DNA of 32,000 bases from Candidatus Lokiarchaeum ossiferum. Lineage in GTDB: Archaea; Asgardarchaeota; Lokiarchaeia; Sigyniarchaeales; Promethearchaeaceae. The position numbers and the translations under genes are program-made. The DNA is taken from contig CP104013.1 of assembly GCA_025839675.1 (NCBI GenBank), forward strand, positions 5,640,001 through 5,672,000, written 5' to 3'. The number at the start of each line of letters is the position of its first letter. The stretch's first letter is position 1. Shown one piece after another: positions 22,885 to 32,000 of the stretch. The notes under the pieces are model-generated. The model saw only the letters and a program-made list of their open reading frames with translations. It was not told the DNA's origin and ran no database searches.

Positions 22885-23676
22885 CTATTTAAAATTTGAA
22901 ATGATTAGTGCCCGAAGTGGAAAGTGTGTTTCTTTTAACAAATGTTCTTTTAATATTTTTCTCGCTTTTTTTCCACCCAAACGTGTGATGCCTTCAATGA
23001 CTGCTTTCCGCACGGATATATCTGGATCATCTAACATAGTTTCAAATTTTGATACTAACTTCCTATCTTGTGTTTCAGCCAAAGTAGAAATTGCTTGGAT
23101 TCGCTCAAGAAAATCGGTATTATTGAGTTTTTTCTGTGCAACCTTGATATTTTTAGGATTGATTTGAAAAATTAAATTTTCCGTCAATTCACGTCGCTTA
23201 GGATTTCTATCTGAAAGATTTTGCTCTAATATATTTTCAATATTTCCTGGATTTGCAAGTAGGCATCGAATTGTAAGTTGTCTTAAAGGCTTGTGATTAG
23301 AATAAATAAAAGGTGCAATCAGTCCGGTGTAGGATTCATCATGAATTTTTTGAATGAGTTGGACTCCAATCATGCAATAGAGTGGTTTATTGGATCGAAT
23401 AAAAAATATTATCATTTTATGAATTGCGCCTTCATCTTCAATTTCATGTAATGCTTCAAAAAAGAATGGTAGGCACTCAGAAGGAATTTTTTCGATAATA
23501 TCATCAAGATAAGTTTTCAAATTTGCACTTGTTATCCGATGTAGATCCTCCACAAGAAAAATCATGATTTGTTTAAGTTCAACCGAATTAATCTTTCCTT
23601 GCGAATTCTCTACAATTTGCTTGATATATTCCAGTGTTTGTGCATTTTCAATGCTTTTTTTATCAATTACTGTCAT
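22885..23676 (-). CDS. HEAT-repeat protein
   Basis: PBS-lyase/HEAT-type repeats are present, for example 'LDDPDISVRKAVIEGITRLGGKKARKIL', 'LSDRNPKRRELTENLI', 'NNTDFLERIQAISTLAE'. The composition is all-helical. Confidence 0.6.
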   Translation of the reverse strand: MTVIDKKSIENAQTLEYIKQIVENSQGKINSVELKQIMIFLVEDLHRITSANLKTYLDDIIEKIPSECLPFFFEALHEIEDEGAIHKMIIFFIRSNKPLYCMIGVQLIQKIHDESYTGLIAPFIYSNHKPLRQLTIRCLLANPGNIENILEQNLSDRNPKRRELTENLIFQINPKNIKVAQKKLNNTDFLERIQAISTLAETQDRKLVSKFETMLDDPDISVRKAVIEGITRLGGKKARKILKEHLLKETHFPLRALIISNFK

Positions 23677-23915
23677 TTTTTCTCAAATATTCAAAGATTA
23701 TCGTTATTATTTTAATAATTTTGTCGGAAGATCGATTCATTGTTAATTTACTTTTTTCATTCTTACGAAATATAAATTATTGTCCATGAAATTAATATCC
23801 AAATGAAATTAGAGATATTTGGTTAATAAATTGAATTATTGGGGGATTGTTACTATCTCCAAATTTGTATAGATTATTATCGCATTTTTTATTGTTTTCC
23901 AGAAAATCTGAATAG

Positions 23916-25547
23916 GTGAAAATAATCACAATTCAACCAGTTTATGAGAATCCATCCTTAAGAGTTACAAAATATAATTTAAAATCTGAAAACGAAACAA
24001 AAGAACTAGAATCGTTCATAAAACTTACTATTCCAAAATGGTACAATACATCTTTGAAATCGTTTCACCTCTCGTCTGATGAAAATTGTACGAGTTATGT
24101 ATTCCGTTCCAAAAAATGGAACAACAATCAAATTTTGGCGATATTTAATGTTCAATGGATAAAATACCCTTCCGATTCTCCTTGGATCAATCAAATTCTC
24201 CTTTATCCACTAATTGATCCTGAAATTTTTGTTAAAAAATCTGAGATTTTTACAGAGATAATGAATAATGGCGGAATAAACCAGCTAATTGAGGCACATT
24301 GTCGATATGAAAATATCAATTTCTCTTCTATTGGATTTACTATGTTAATACTCCCAGAAAAAAGTTTTCTAAAATCATTTATTAATTCAATCTCAAATAT
24401 AAATTGGGATACTCATTTGAACTTGGCTGATTACTTAGGTTATGATGCTAATTCTGATAAAACTCTGCTAAATTCTACCTATCACTTGATCAACAGAAAT
24501 GATCAATTTAATGAGGATTTGTCTATCACTAAAAAAATGAAAACTAAAATGGACGGAAGTATTACTCTTTTTGAACAATATTTGCAGAATAAGAATCCTT
24601 TCCAACTTGAGAAGATGGGTAAATCATTTCAAAAGCTGCTTGATATCAAGTTATATTATGAGTACCTTATTCCATTTTTTCAAAAAAAGTTAAAACACTA
24701 TAAACAGAGTAGAAAAAAAATTTGGGCCAAATATTTTATTTTCAGTAAATTTCAATTTACTCCTTATCTTCATAGATTGTGTTTTGCCCAAAATTTTAAT
24801 CTATTTAAGAAATCTGGACTGAGGATGCGCTTTTTTAAAACTTCTTCTCACCAAGGTCAGCAAGTTATTGAAGATTATCAATATTCCATTTTAATGTGTC
24901 TTTTTGAGTGTCTTGTTTCAGAAGGTAGCAGTTTCCCAGAATTAACTGACGATAATGGGAATTTAAGATCAGAAATATTTAATATTTCAATTTTAAAGAA
25001 ATTCATGGGTGAATACTTTGGTATCTTAGAATTTAATATTGCAAGTAAAGGTAATTCCCCAGAATGGATATTTATTGGCTTATCTTTTGTAAAAAGAAAG
25101 AATCAAACACCTCATATCTTATCTAGCACATTGCTCTTTCCAAGTTGGTTTCGTGGATATGGTTTTGGCCAGTTTCTTGCTTTGATTGGTATGTTTCAAT
25201 GTGAAAATGTGGGTATTGGGAAAAAATTTGAAGTTCTAGGAACATCAAGGAACGTAATGACAAATAGATTAGTGGACAAAATTGGGTTTTTCCGTTATGG
25301 ATATCTTCCTAATATGTCATTTGATATCACCGGACATAAAACGGATCTATCGTACTCAGTAGGAATGAATCGAACATTCAAATTAACCACAAAAGCATTA
25401 ACTCAATTATCAACTGATGATTTTAATAACAAATTAAAAAGGAAAATTAAAAGAGCATATAAAATCAATCAAAAAACATTCAAATATTTTCAAGATGAAT
25501 TGATAAAAAAAAAAAAAATTTCTCCATTAATCTTAGCGCCATATTGA
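23916..25547 (+). CDS. Hypothetical protein with C-terminal GNAT-like acetyltransferase domain
   Basis: The C-terminus carries a GNAT motif-A-like 'FRGYGFGQFLALIGM' (R-G-x-G-x-G/A) and 'NVMTNRLVDKIGFFRYG' (N..a..ly.k.GF). The N-terminal ~370 aa are unassigned. GTG 23916 follows an in-frame TAG directly, and there is no in-frame ATG for >100 codons. Confidence 0.55.
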   Translation: MKIITIQPVYENPSLRVTKYNLKSENETKELESFIKLTIPKWYNTSLKSFHLSSDENCTSYVFRSKKWNNNQILAIFNVQWIKYPSDSPWINQILLYPLIDPEIFVKKSEIFTEIMNNGGINQLIEAHCRYENINFSSIGFTMLILPEKSFLKSFINSISNINWDTHLNLADYLGYDANSDKTLLNSTYHLINRNDQFNEDLSITKKMKTKMDGSITLFEQYLQNKNPFQLEKMGKSFQKLLDIKLYYEYLIPFFQKKLKHYKQSRKKIWAKYFIFSKFQFTPYLHRLCFAQNFNLFKKSGLRMRFFKTSSHQGQQVIEDYQYSILMCLFECLVSEGSSFPELTDDNGNLRSEIFNISILKKFMGEYFGILEFNIASKGNSPEWIFIGLSFVKRKNQTPHILSSTLLFPSWFRGYGFGQFLALIGMFQCENVGIGKKFEVLGTSRNVMTNRLVDKIGFFRYGYLPNMSFDITGHKTDLSYSVGMNRTFKLTTKALTQLSTDDFNNKLKRKIKRAYKINQKTFKYFQDELIKKKKISPLILAPY

Positions 25548-25664
25548 ACTAGATAGTTTTGTTTTTATCTTCACAGAAAGCACAATTTTTTAAAACTTCT
25601 AAAAATAGTGATAGATAATAGAAAAGATTAAAAATCGATTCTTACGCAAAATAATTTCAAATAA

Positions 25665-25670
25665 GGAGGG
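25665..25670 (+). promoter_or_regulatory. Shine-Dalgarno-like GGAGGG for the PAS/GAF gene
   Basis: 'aaggaggg' ends 9 nt upstream of TTG 25680. This supports the non-ATG start over the ATG 17 codons downstream. Confidence 0.55.
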
Positions 25671-25679
25671 AATATCTAA

Positions 25680-28600
25680 TTGAATACGGAGTGGAGATTA
25701 AACAATATCGACCCTAGTATTTTCGAAAATATGGGCAGTTTCGTGTTCATTTACTCTCCAAAAGGAAAAATTCATTATGCAAATTCTTTGGTTTCTCAGC
25801 GATTAGGGTATTCTTTAAATGAGATTGATAGAATGTGGATTTATCAATTTTTCTTTGATGAAGATAATTCAAAACTCATAGATTTATTTTGCTCTCCCCT
25901 TATTGATGGAGAAATCCGATCAATTAATAAGCCTTTGAAAAAAAAAAATGGAAAACTGGTCCACATTGAAACGTGGTTATCTTTAGTCCGCAAAAATTCT
26001 CAAGAAGAACCATCGATATTGGCTGTTGGAAGAGAAAAAACCTCACGAAATGCTGAAGAAGTGTTATCAGAGCGAGAGACTGAATACCATGAAGAACGCT
26101 TGATGCTTGGTAAAATTATTGAAAATAATCCTTTCGCTATAGCTATTTTTGATGCTGAAGGTTATTATTTACATAGCAATCAGGCTTATAAGAAGATGTG
26201 GGAATGTGAACCTCCTGATGATTATTCTATTTTTACTGATCCTATAATAAAGTCTCAAGGTCTTCTGGACGGTGTTAATCGCGCGATATTGAACGGGGAT
26301 GTTTATCATTCTGATGATGTTTACTATAATACACATGAACTAAATCCAAATTTGCCCAACAAGGAGATGTATATTCGAGCGACCATATTTTCAATTTTTG
26401 ATGCTTCTGGGATCTTAAAATATCCTGTATTTCTCTATGAAGATGTAACCGAACGGAAAAAAGCGGAAATCGCCTTGTCTGATTATCAAGATCATCTGGA
26501 AGCTACAATTCACAAACGTACTCAAGAATTAGAAGCAAAACACTTTCAATTACAAGAAAAAATTGTCAATGAACAGACTATATCAAAAATTATTTCCAGA
26601 TTTACGGGGGAGTATAATCTTGAGAGTTCAATTGAAAAATCCCTCGCTGACTTGGGAAAATTATATCAAGCAGAGAGAGTTTTTTTAACTCATATAAATT
26701 GGGATAACAAAACTGCTTCCACTAAATATGAATGGGTGAGCCAGAAAAACCTTTCTATTTTAAGTAGTTTTAGTAATGTTCCATATGATGAACAAAAATG
26801 GTGGCATCGCCAGTTATCTGAACACAATTTCATAAATATACCAAATTGTGACTTATTACCTGAAGATGCCCAATTTGAACGCGATTTATTCAAAAAAGGA
26901 CAAATTAAGGCCGTATTCGCGTATGGGATTAAGAGGCAAAATAAAATTATCGCTTTTGTTGGTATTAATAAACCAAATCCCATTACAGAGTGGTCTTCTT
27001 CAGCATTAACATCAGTAAGTATTTTTGCTGAACTTATCAGCAATATCTATGAAAAAGATGCCATAGAGAATGCTTTGATTCAAGAACGGTGGCAATTGAA
27101 CAATATTATTAAATATAACCCTTATGCTATAATAATATTTGATAAAAAATTGAATTTCTTAAGAAGTAATGATGCACTCCATCAGTTGATAGAAACTGAT
27201 GTAGGATTGGATTATTCCGTTTATGATGATGGCAATTTTAAAAACCGTGGTCAATTAAATCAATGGTATCAGCAATTAGCTGCAGGAAAAACTCTTCATA
27301 TTCCAGAATTTAATCTAAATCCCAAAAATACTCATCCTGATTTAATAGATAAAAATATTATTCTTAGGGCTGTTGCTTTTCCAATTTTATCTCAAAATGG
27401 GGAATTAGATTCAATTGTCGTTATGCTAGAAGATATTTCCAAGCAAAAAAATGCCGAGATTGCTCTTAAAAAAACGAAGCAATACTTCCAAGAAGTGATT
27501 GAAAATTCATTGGATATATCCTACCGATTAAATTTCAAAACGAATAAATATGATTATATCAGCCCAATCGCGGAAAAAATAACCGGACTTCAACTTCAAG
27601 ATGTATTGGTGGATGAATATTATAAACATACTAATCAAAAGGATCTTCGTCGAAATCAAGAAGAATTGGCGGAAATTCTGAAAAATTCTGATTCCTTGGC
27701 CGTTTCTCATACTGCAGAAGCAAGATTTCATTGTAAGGATGGGAAATGGATTTGGTTAAGCGATCGATTTACTTATTTTAGAAGTGAAGATGGAACTCCT
27801 CTTTATAGTATTGGGACAATTCGAGATATTACACAAAAAAAAGAAGATGAATTATCACTTATAGAAAGGGAGCATAAATTCAGACAGTTAGTGGAACATT
27901 CTCCTTTTCCAATTGTCCTATTAAGTCGATCAAATCTCGTCGATTACATTAATCCTGAATTTAATATTACTTTTGGATATTCAATTGATGAAATTCCCAC
28001 TGCAGAAATTTTATTTGAACGTACTCTTTCGAATATGGATTATAAAAAAGATATGTTGTACACATTTCTCCACGATACTAAGGGATCTATGACTCGTTTA
28101 ATTCCTCCAAAAAGGTATTTGTTTCTGTGTAAGGATTCATCTGTTAAAAAAGTCATCCTTAGATTATCAATTTTAGACTCTGGGTTAAAATATTTGATCT
28201 ATGAAGATATAACGCAATCGGCTGAAATGATGGAAAAACTTTCCAATTCCGAGATGTTGTATCGTAGCGTGGTTGAAACATCAAATGAACTTATTTTTAT
28301 CCAGTCAATTGATGAAAAAATTGAATTTGTAAATAAAGCCACATTGAATAATCTCGGATATACAAAAGAAGAATTTATGGCTCTTAATCTCGGTGAATTA
28401 ATTCATCCTGATGATTTCAAGCGTGTTATGTCTGAATTGAATTCACTTACAAACAATATATCTGTGAATTCTCTTGAATATCGTGTAAAAAAGAAAAATG
28501 GCCGTTATCTTGAATTATCTACAAATGCTGTTCCGCTACATGATGCTTCAGGAAATATTACCTCTTTTCTGGGTGTAGCTCGAGATATCACCGAATTGAA

Positions 28601-29567
28601 TAAAGTTCAGAAAACTCTCAGAGAACGGGAATTACAAATTCAATACTCTAATGTAATTTCTATGATTTCTTCAATGTTGGTTCCGGATTCTGCAAATACA
28701 AGCACCAAAATTGATGGGATTCTACGTACTTTAGGTAATTCAATAGGTGGCTCCTTTATTTTAATCATGAAGCATAATGGTCATTTTCATCAAAATAAAT
28801 ACCATATTGAAGGAAGTTGGACTGCTTCAAATTATAACTTAGTTCCAGAACAAATTGAAGAATTCTTTTCTGAAGGACTCTTGGATACTTATGCTGAATC
28901 GGTACCTCTGAACATATTTGCTACGATGAATTCTGCAAAATTTTCTCCAAAACTTAAGATTCTCGCAGATAAATTAGATATTGCTTCTTTATTATTACTT
29001 CCTGTATTTATTGGTAAGGATCGCTTCGGCACTATGATTTTGAATTCATCAGACATCGATCGCGAATTTAGTCAACGTGAAAAATCATTATGTCTAAATG
29101 TTGCTATGTTGGTTGGTTTAGGTTTGAAAACGCAATATGATCGGCAGATTATTAATAGTTTTTTCGATGCTTTGAGTGTGTTGGGTGTTGCAATCTTTAT
29201 TCTCCAAGAAACAAAATCAAAGCAATACAAATTTTATTATGCAAATAATTATTACTGTGAGATGACTGGGTATTCAATTGAAGAGTTACTTGCTTTGGAT
29301 TCTTATTACGATATTTTTCCAGAAAACAAAGAGAAAATTAAGATTGATTTTGTTGAAGCTAGAAAAAAAAAAACTCCATTACCACAACAAACGCATATGC
29401 AGTTCCAAACTAAAAATGGAATTGAACCAAAATTAGTTTCGCTTCAATATGGAAAAGTGGAAAATATACCTGCGATTTATGGAATCTTGTTTCCTCCTGT
29501 TATGGATGAGATCATGACAGCCGAAGGGTTTTATAAGAAATATCATGAATTATATGGTAATAAGTAG
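25680..29567 (+). CDS. Multi-PAS/GAF sensor-array protein without recognisable output domain (1295 aa)
   Basis: About seven PAS-like modules recur, with ends such as '...RDITQKKEDE', 'LEDISKQKNAE', 'YEDVTERKKAE', 'ARDITELNKVQ'. Two GAF-like segments lie at about aa 300-460 and 990-1150. There is a coiled-coil linker, 'HLEATIHKRTQELEAKHFQLQEKI'. I found no H-box and no HATPase (N/G1/G2), GGDEF, HD or DNA-binding motifs. Confidence 0.8.
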   Translation: MNTEWRLNNIDPSIFENMGSFVFIYSPKGKIHYANSLVSQRLGYSLNEIDRMWIYQFFFDEDNSKLIDLFCSPLIDGEIRSINKPLKKKNGKLVHIETWLSLVRKNSQEEPSILAVGREKTSRNAEEVLSERETEYHEERLMLGKIIENNPFAIAIFDAEGYYLHSNQAYKKMWECEPPDDYSIFTDPIIKSQGLLDGVNRAILNGDVYHSDDVYYNTHELNPNLPNKEMYIRATIFSIFDASGILKYPVFLYEDVTERKKAEIALSDYQDHLEATIHKRTQELEAKHFQLQEKIVNEQTISKIISRFTGEYNLESSIEKSLADLGKLYQAERVFLTHINWDNKTASTKYEWVSQKNLSILSSFSNVPYDEQKWWHRQLSEHNFINIPNCDLLPEDAQFERDLFKKGQIKAVFAYGIKRQNKIIAFVGINKPNPITEWSSSALTSVSIFAELISNIYEKDAIENALIQERWQLNNIIKYNPYAIIIFDKKLNFLRSNDALHQLIETDVGLDYSVYDDGNFKNRGQLNQWYQQLAAGKTLHIPEFNLNPKNTHPDLIDKNIILRAVAFPILSQNGELDSIVVMLEDISKQKNAEIALKKTKQYFQEVIENSLDISYRLNFKTNKYDYISPIAEKITGLQLQDVLVDEYYKHTNQKDLRRNQEELAEILKNSDSLAVSHTAEARFHCKDGKWIWLSDRFTYFRSEDGTPLYSIGTIRDITQKKEDELSLIEREHKFRQLVEHSPFPIVLLSRSNLVDYINPEFNITFGYSIDEIPTAEILFERTLSNMDYKKDMLYTFLHDTKGSMTRLIPPKRYLFLCKDSSVKKVILRLSILDSGLKYLIYEDITQSAEMMEKLSNSEMLYRSVVETSNELIFIQSIDEKIEFVNKATLNNLGYTKEEFMALNLGELIHPDDFKRVMSELNSLTNNISVNSLEYRVKKKNGRYLELSTNAVPLHDASGNITSFLGVARDITELNKVQKTLRERELQIQYSNVISMISSMLVPDSANTSTKIDGILRTLGNSIGGSFILIMKHNGHFHQNKYHIEGSWTASNYNLVPEQIEEFFSEGLLDTYAESVPLNIFATMNSAKFSPKLKILADKLDIASLLLLPVFIGKDRFGTMILNSSDIDREFSQREKSLCLNVAMLVGLGLKTQYDRQIINSFFDALSVLGVAIFILQETKSKQYKFYYANNYYCEMTGYSIEELLALDSYYDIFPENKEKIKIDFVEARKKKTPLPQQTHMQFQTKNGIEPKLVSLQYGKVENIPAIYGILFPPVMDEIMTAEGFYKKYHELYGNK

Positions 29568-29702
29568 AAGGTTTTAGCTTTCCTTAGGCCATCATATGGT
29601 CATCTGATTAAAGAAATTAAGAAAGAAATCTTTAACTCTAATCTTGTTACCAAATTTTATCATATTGATAATTAATTAAAGTTTGAAGAAGAAATATTAT
29701 TT

Positions 29703-30638
29703 ATGTCACCAAAAAAGATCTCTCCTGACAAAATGGAAGAGATTTCACATTTTTTTTTCAACTCTGCTAGAGAGATTGAAAAAGCACAATTCAAGTTTAC
29801 TTTTCTTAATGGTTCTGCTAATTCTGTTTGTAAAGCTCTTGAACAGTACCAAAATGCAGATGGAGGGTTTGGTCATGGCCTAGAACCCGATTTCAGATTA
29901 CCCCTCTCCTCTCCAATGGCTACTAGCATCGGTTTAAGAATTCTTGATTCCTTGCCAGAATCTCCAAAAAAACGAGAAATGATTTCAAAAACGAGTGATT
30001 TTTTATTTGATTCCTATAATCCTGCGCGAAAAGGATGGTTTGCTATTAGGAGTGAAGTTAATAATTATCCCCATGCACCTTGGTGGAAATACGATCCAGA
30101 TATAAATATGACCATTATTGATAAAAATTGGGGCAATCCAAGTGCAGAAATTCTTGCTTATCTTTTAAAGTATAAAACTCTCATTTCTCCAAATATGCAT
30201 AAGATAATACCGGATTGTGTTGAAAAAGCAATAAACAATATTGTAAACAAAGTAGAATTTGGTTCCGAAAATGAAATTTTCTGTTATCTTCATTTATTTC
30301 CCATCCTCGATGTTGAAGATCAAGAAACTATAAGAGCTAAGTTGAGTTTAGCGATAAATAAACTTGTTATTCTGGATGATTCTCAATGGAATCGTTATGT
30401 TCCTCAACCACTTGAATTTTTTCCATCCCCTTCTAATGAGAGGTTTTCATTTCCTGAAGAGCATATTTCTCACAATCTAGATTTTCTAATTGAAAAACTC
30501 TACAAATTTGGTCATTTTTCCCCTACATGGAATTTTGATTACCCATCAGATATGAAAAGTGTACCCGATGAATGGAGTGGGCAATTAACCTTGAAATACT
30601 TAAAAATTTTGAAGAATTATGGTAGGATAGAATTTTAA
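29703..30638 (+). CDS. Hypothetical protein, possible alpha/alpha-toroid (prenyltransferase/terpene-cyclase-repeat-like)
   Basis: 'ALEQYQNADGGFGHGLEPD' resembles the Q-x-x-DGGF(G/W) repeat signature of alpha/alpha-toroid proteins. The rest is helical with aromatic-rich motifs. Tentative. Confidence 0.4.
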   Translation: MSPKKISPDKMEEISHFFFNSAREIEKAQFKFTFLNGSANSVCKALEQYQNADGGFGHGLEPDFRLPLSSPMATSIGLRILDSLPESPKKREMISKTSDFLFDSYNPARKGWFAIRSEVNNYPHAPWWKYDPDINMTIIDKNWGNPSAEILAYLLKYKTLISPNMHKIIPDCVEKAINNIVNKVEFGSENEIFCYLHLFPILDVEDQETIRAKLSLAINKLVILDDSQWNRYVPQPLEFFPSPSNERFSFPEEHISHNLDFLIEKLYKFGHFSPTWNFDYPSDMKSVPDEWSGQLTLKYLKILKNYGRIEF

Positions 30639-30818
30639 TGAATTAATCTGGCTTAAATACACAAAATTTTTTTTTTATATCATATTTTCAAACCAGGAAT
30701 AAGGATAAACACTCTTATTCATTATGATGTGAATAAGATAAAACATATATAATCCGTTCTCCCATTATGATATTAATTCTTGGATAAATATCCACTCCAG
30801 AAAAACAAGTTTGTTGAT

Positions 30819-31394
30819 TTAGAAGAATTTAGATGCCCAATTTTTGATTCCAATTAAGATGAAAAATAATCCGGTCATGACCTTTACCCAGAAAAGATTC
30901 ATTTTTGATTTAATACCCCCAACATAAACTCCTATTATCGCAAAAAAGAAGTTTATAGTCGCCAATAGAATAAAAAACATAGCAATTGAAAAATCAAGTT
31001 GAGAATAGGTAATACCTATTACACCTTCATCGATACTCCCCAAGATTCCGATTAAAATTAAGATCCAAAAAGAAAAAATGTTTTTTTCTTTTAGTTTTTG
31101 CTCATTTTCTCCTTCTATGGCTTCTCTGATTATCCAAATTCCTACGAATACAAATGCAATCAATACTAGCCATGAACCGATTTTTAATAAGAGATCTGTC
31201 AAAATAATTCCAACAAACCATCCAAGGAGTGAGATAATAATCGTGGAAATAGTAAATGCTCCAGCAATACGAAGCGAAAACAACAATTTCTTAACTCTCG
31301 ATTCTTCAGTTTGCATTATTGCAATAGCGAATGCAAGCGTAAAGTCATCTATACTTAAACCTAAAACAAGAAAAATTAGTGTGAACACATCCAT
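30819..31394 (-). CDS. mntP: MntP/DUF204-family membrane protein (putative Mn2+ efflux pump)
   Basis: Internal duplication with two Asp-containing motifs, 'GLSIDDFTLAFA' and 'GSIDEGVIGI' (MntP 'SMDAFA' / 'SLDAMAVG'). 'WLVLIAFVFVGIWIIREAIEG' matches MntP 'WIAFVLLIFLGGRMIIEGF', followed by an acidic loop. C-terminal 'GLFFILIGIKNW'. ~190 aa with six TM segments. Confidence 0.7.
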   Translation of the reverse strand: MDVFTLIFLVLGLSIDDFTLAFAIAIMQTEESRVKKLLFSLRIAGAFTISTIIISLLGWFVGIILTDLLLKIGSWLVLIAFVFVGIWIIREAIEGENEQKLKEKNIFSFWILILIGILGSIDEGVIGITYSQLDFSIAMFFILLATINFFFAIIGVYVGGIKSKMNLFWVKVMTGLFFILIGIKNWASKFF

Positions 31395-32000
31395 TTTTTC
31401 AAATAGTGTATTTATTGCTTCTGATTATAAATTTTTGGAAATTGGCTAAAAAGAATGCAGAAGAACATTATTGAAGGGTTGTTTTATTTTATTTTTTAAT
31501 CTAAATAGAGGAATATTCACTTTTTCGATAAATTTTCCATTATTCTAAGTAAGACAAGATTGTACACAATAGTTTTGTTTTTAAACCTTCTTCTTTTTTA
31601 GTTTGGAGATAAAAATCACAAAGCTTACAATCACTTTCCCCCCATCTTTCCATCAAGTATTCCATCAACTTCTTTTTGCATTGCAGCTTGACAAATTCCA
31701 AGTTCCTTAACTTAATTTCCACCAGGTGCTCTATTGCATTTTTTAATTTCCCAACAATTCTGTTTGCTGATATATATCCTTTCTTGAAATTCGATTTAAT
31801 TTGAAACCTTTAAAAAAAAATGATTCATTCTAATAATTATTCCAATTTCTTCTATTTCAATAAATCACCAAATCCGTTTTTGAAATAAGATTGGAGATTT
31901 AGTACAATTTTTCAGCATTTTTAAAAAAGAGAATAATAAAAAATCAACTTTTAAATTCGAAAATCGCACTCATTTTTACCTTTTAAAACATTTTTATTCC

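Noticed and set aside
23795-23866. Repeated 'tccaaat' (23798-23804, 23858-23864) and inverted 'atttgg' (23817-23822) in the HEAT/GNAT divergent promoter region, as a possible operator
   Set aside because: The hexamer-scale matches are expected by chance in AT-rich DNA, and the half-sites do not form a clean palindrome.
25680-29567. Histidine kinase call for the large PAS/GAF protein
   Set aside because: I searched the translation for an H-box (HE.[RK].P-like) and for N, G1 (DxGxG) and G2 (GxGLG) boxes and found none. The protein ends in a PAS module.
31395-31540. Possible Mn2+ (yybP-ykoY-type) riboswitch upstream of the MntP-like gene, by analogy with bacteria
   Set aside because: The upstream sequence is extremely AT-rich, with no conserved-looking helices or GC-rich junctions. 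Riboswitches of this class are not established in archaea.
31540-31722. 60-codon minus-strand ORF (GTG start; 41 aa from the first ATG) with four scattered Cys
   Set aside because: The Cys spacing (C-x16-C-x2-C-x17-C) is not a recognisable zinc ribbon, and there is no SD or well-placed TATA. It is too weak to call.
1-32000. CRISPR arrays, tRNA/rRNA genes, transposases, integrases and toxin-antitoxin pairs
   Set aside because: I found no regularly spaced direct repeats, no GC-rich structured islands in the intergenic regions, and no DDE, tyrosine- or serine-recombinase or typical TA motifs in any frame I inspected.

Overview
AT-rich (about 30% GC from spot counts), gene-dense, archaeal-looking window. 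I support 26 protein-coding genes on both strands. I found no rRNA or tRNA, no CRISPR array, and no transposase or integrase. The gene content suggests an Asgard (Lokiarchaeia-like) archaeon, but that taxonomic call is inference: a Rab/Ras-like small GTPase without lipidation cysteines, the H4MPT-pathway formyltransferase Ftr, a PAS-DUF835 sensor, Hel308- and Hef-type helicases, a TrmB-type regulator, a CDP-alcohol phosphatidyltransferase, and TATA/SD signals with probable leaderless starts.

Well-supported calls:
- two SF2 helicases flanking an orphan CheY receiver;
- a translationally coupled SoxB-like / fused Fe-S flavoprotein oxidoreductase pair;
- ftr, a YjbQ-family protein, and an MntP-like transporter;
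- a 1295-aa PAS/GAF array and a PAS-DUF835 protein.

Candidates for something undescribed:
1. A co-directional cluster led by a Rab-like GTPase with a non-canonical switch II (DLGGE), followed by a TrmB-like protein, a xylose-isomerase-like TIM barrel and a degenerate PP-loop protein. It is convergent with a CDP-alcohol phosphatidyltransferase unit that includes a 44-aa zinc-ribbon ORF too short for the six-frame ORF track.
2. Tandem paralogous polytopic membrane proteins ending in zinc ribbons, which share a 22-nt island of perfect nucleotide identity.
3. A divergent ftr-like gene flanked by unassigned helical-repeat and coiled-coil proteins.
4. A HEAT-like 37-codon open frame directly behind the TGA stop of the Hef-like helicase.

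All family assignments come from motif recognition by eye. No searches were run.
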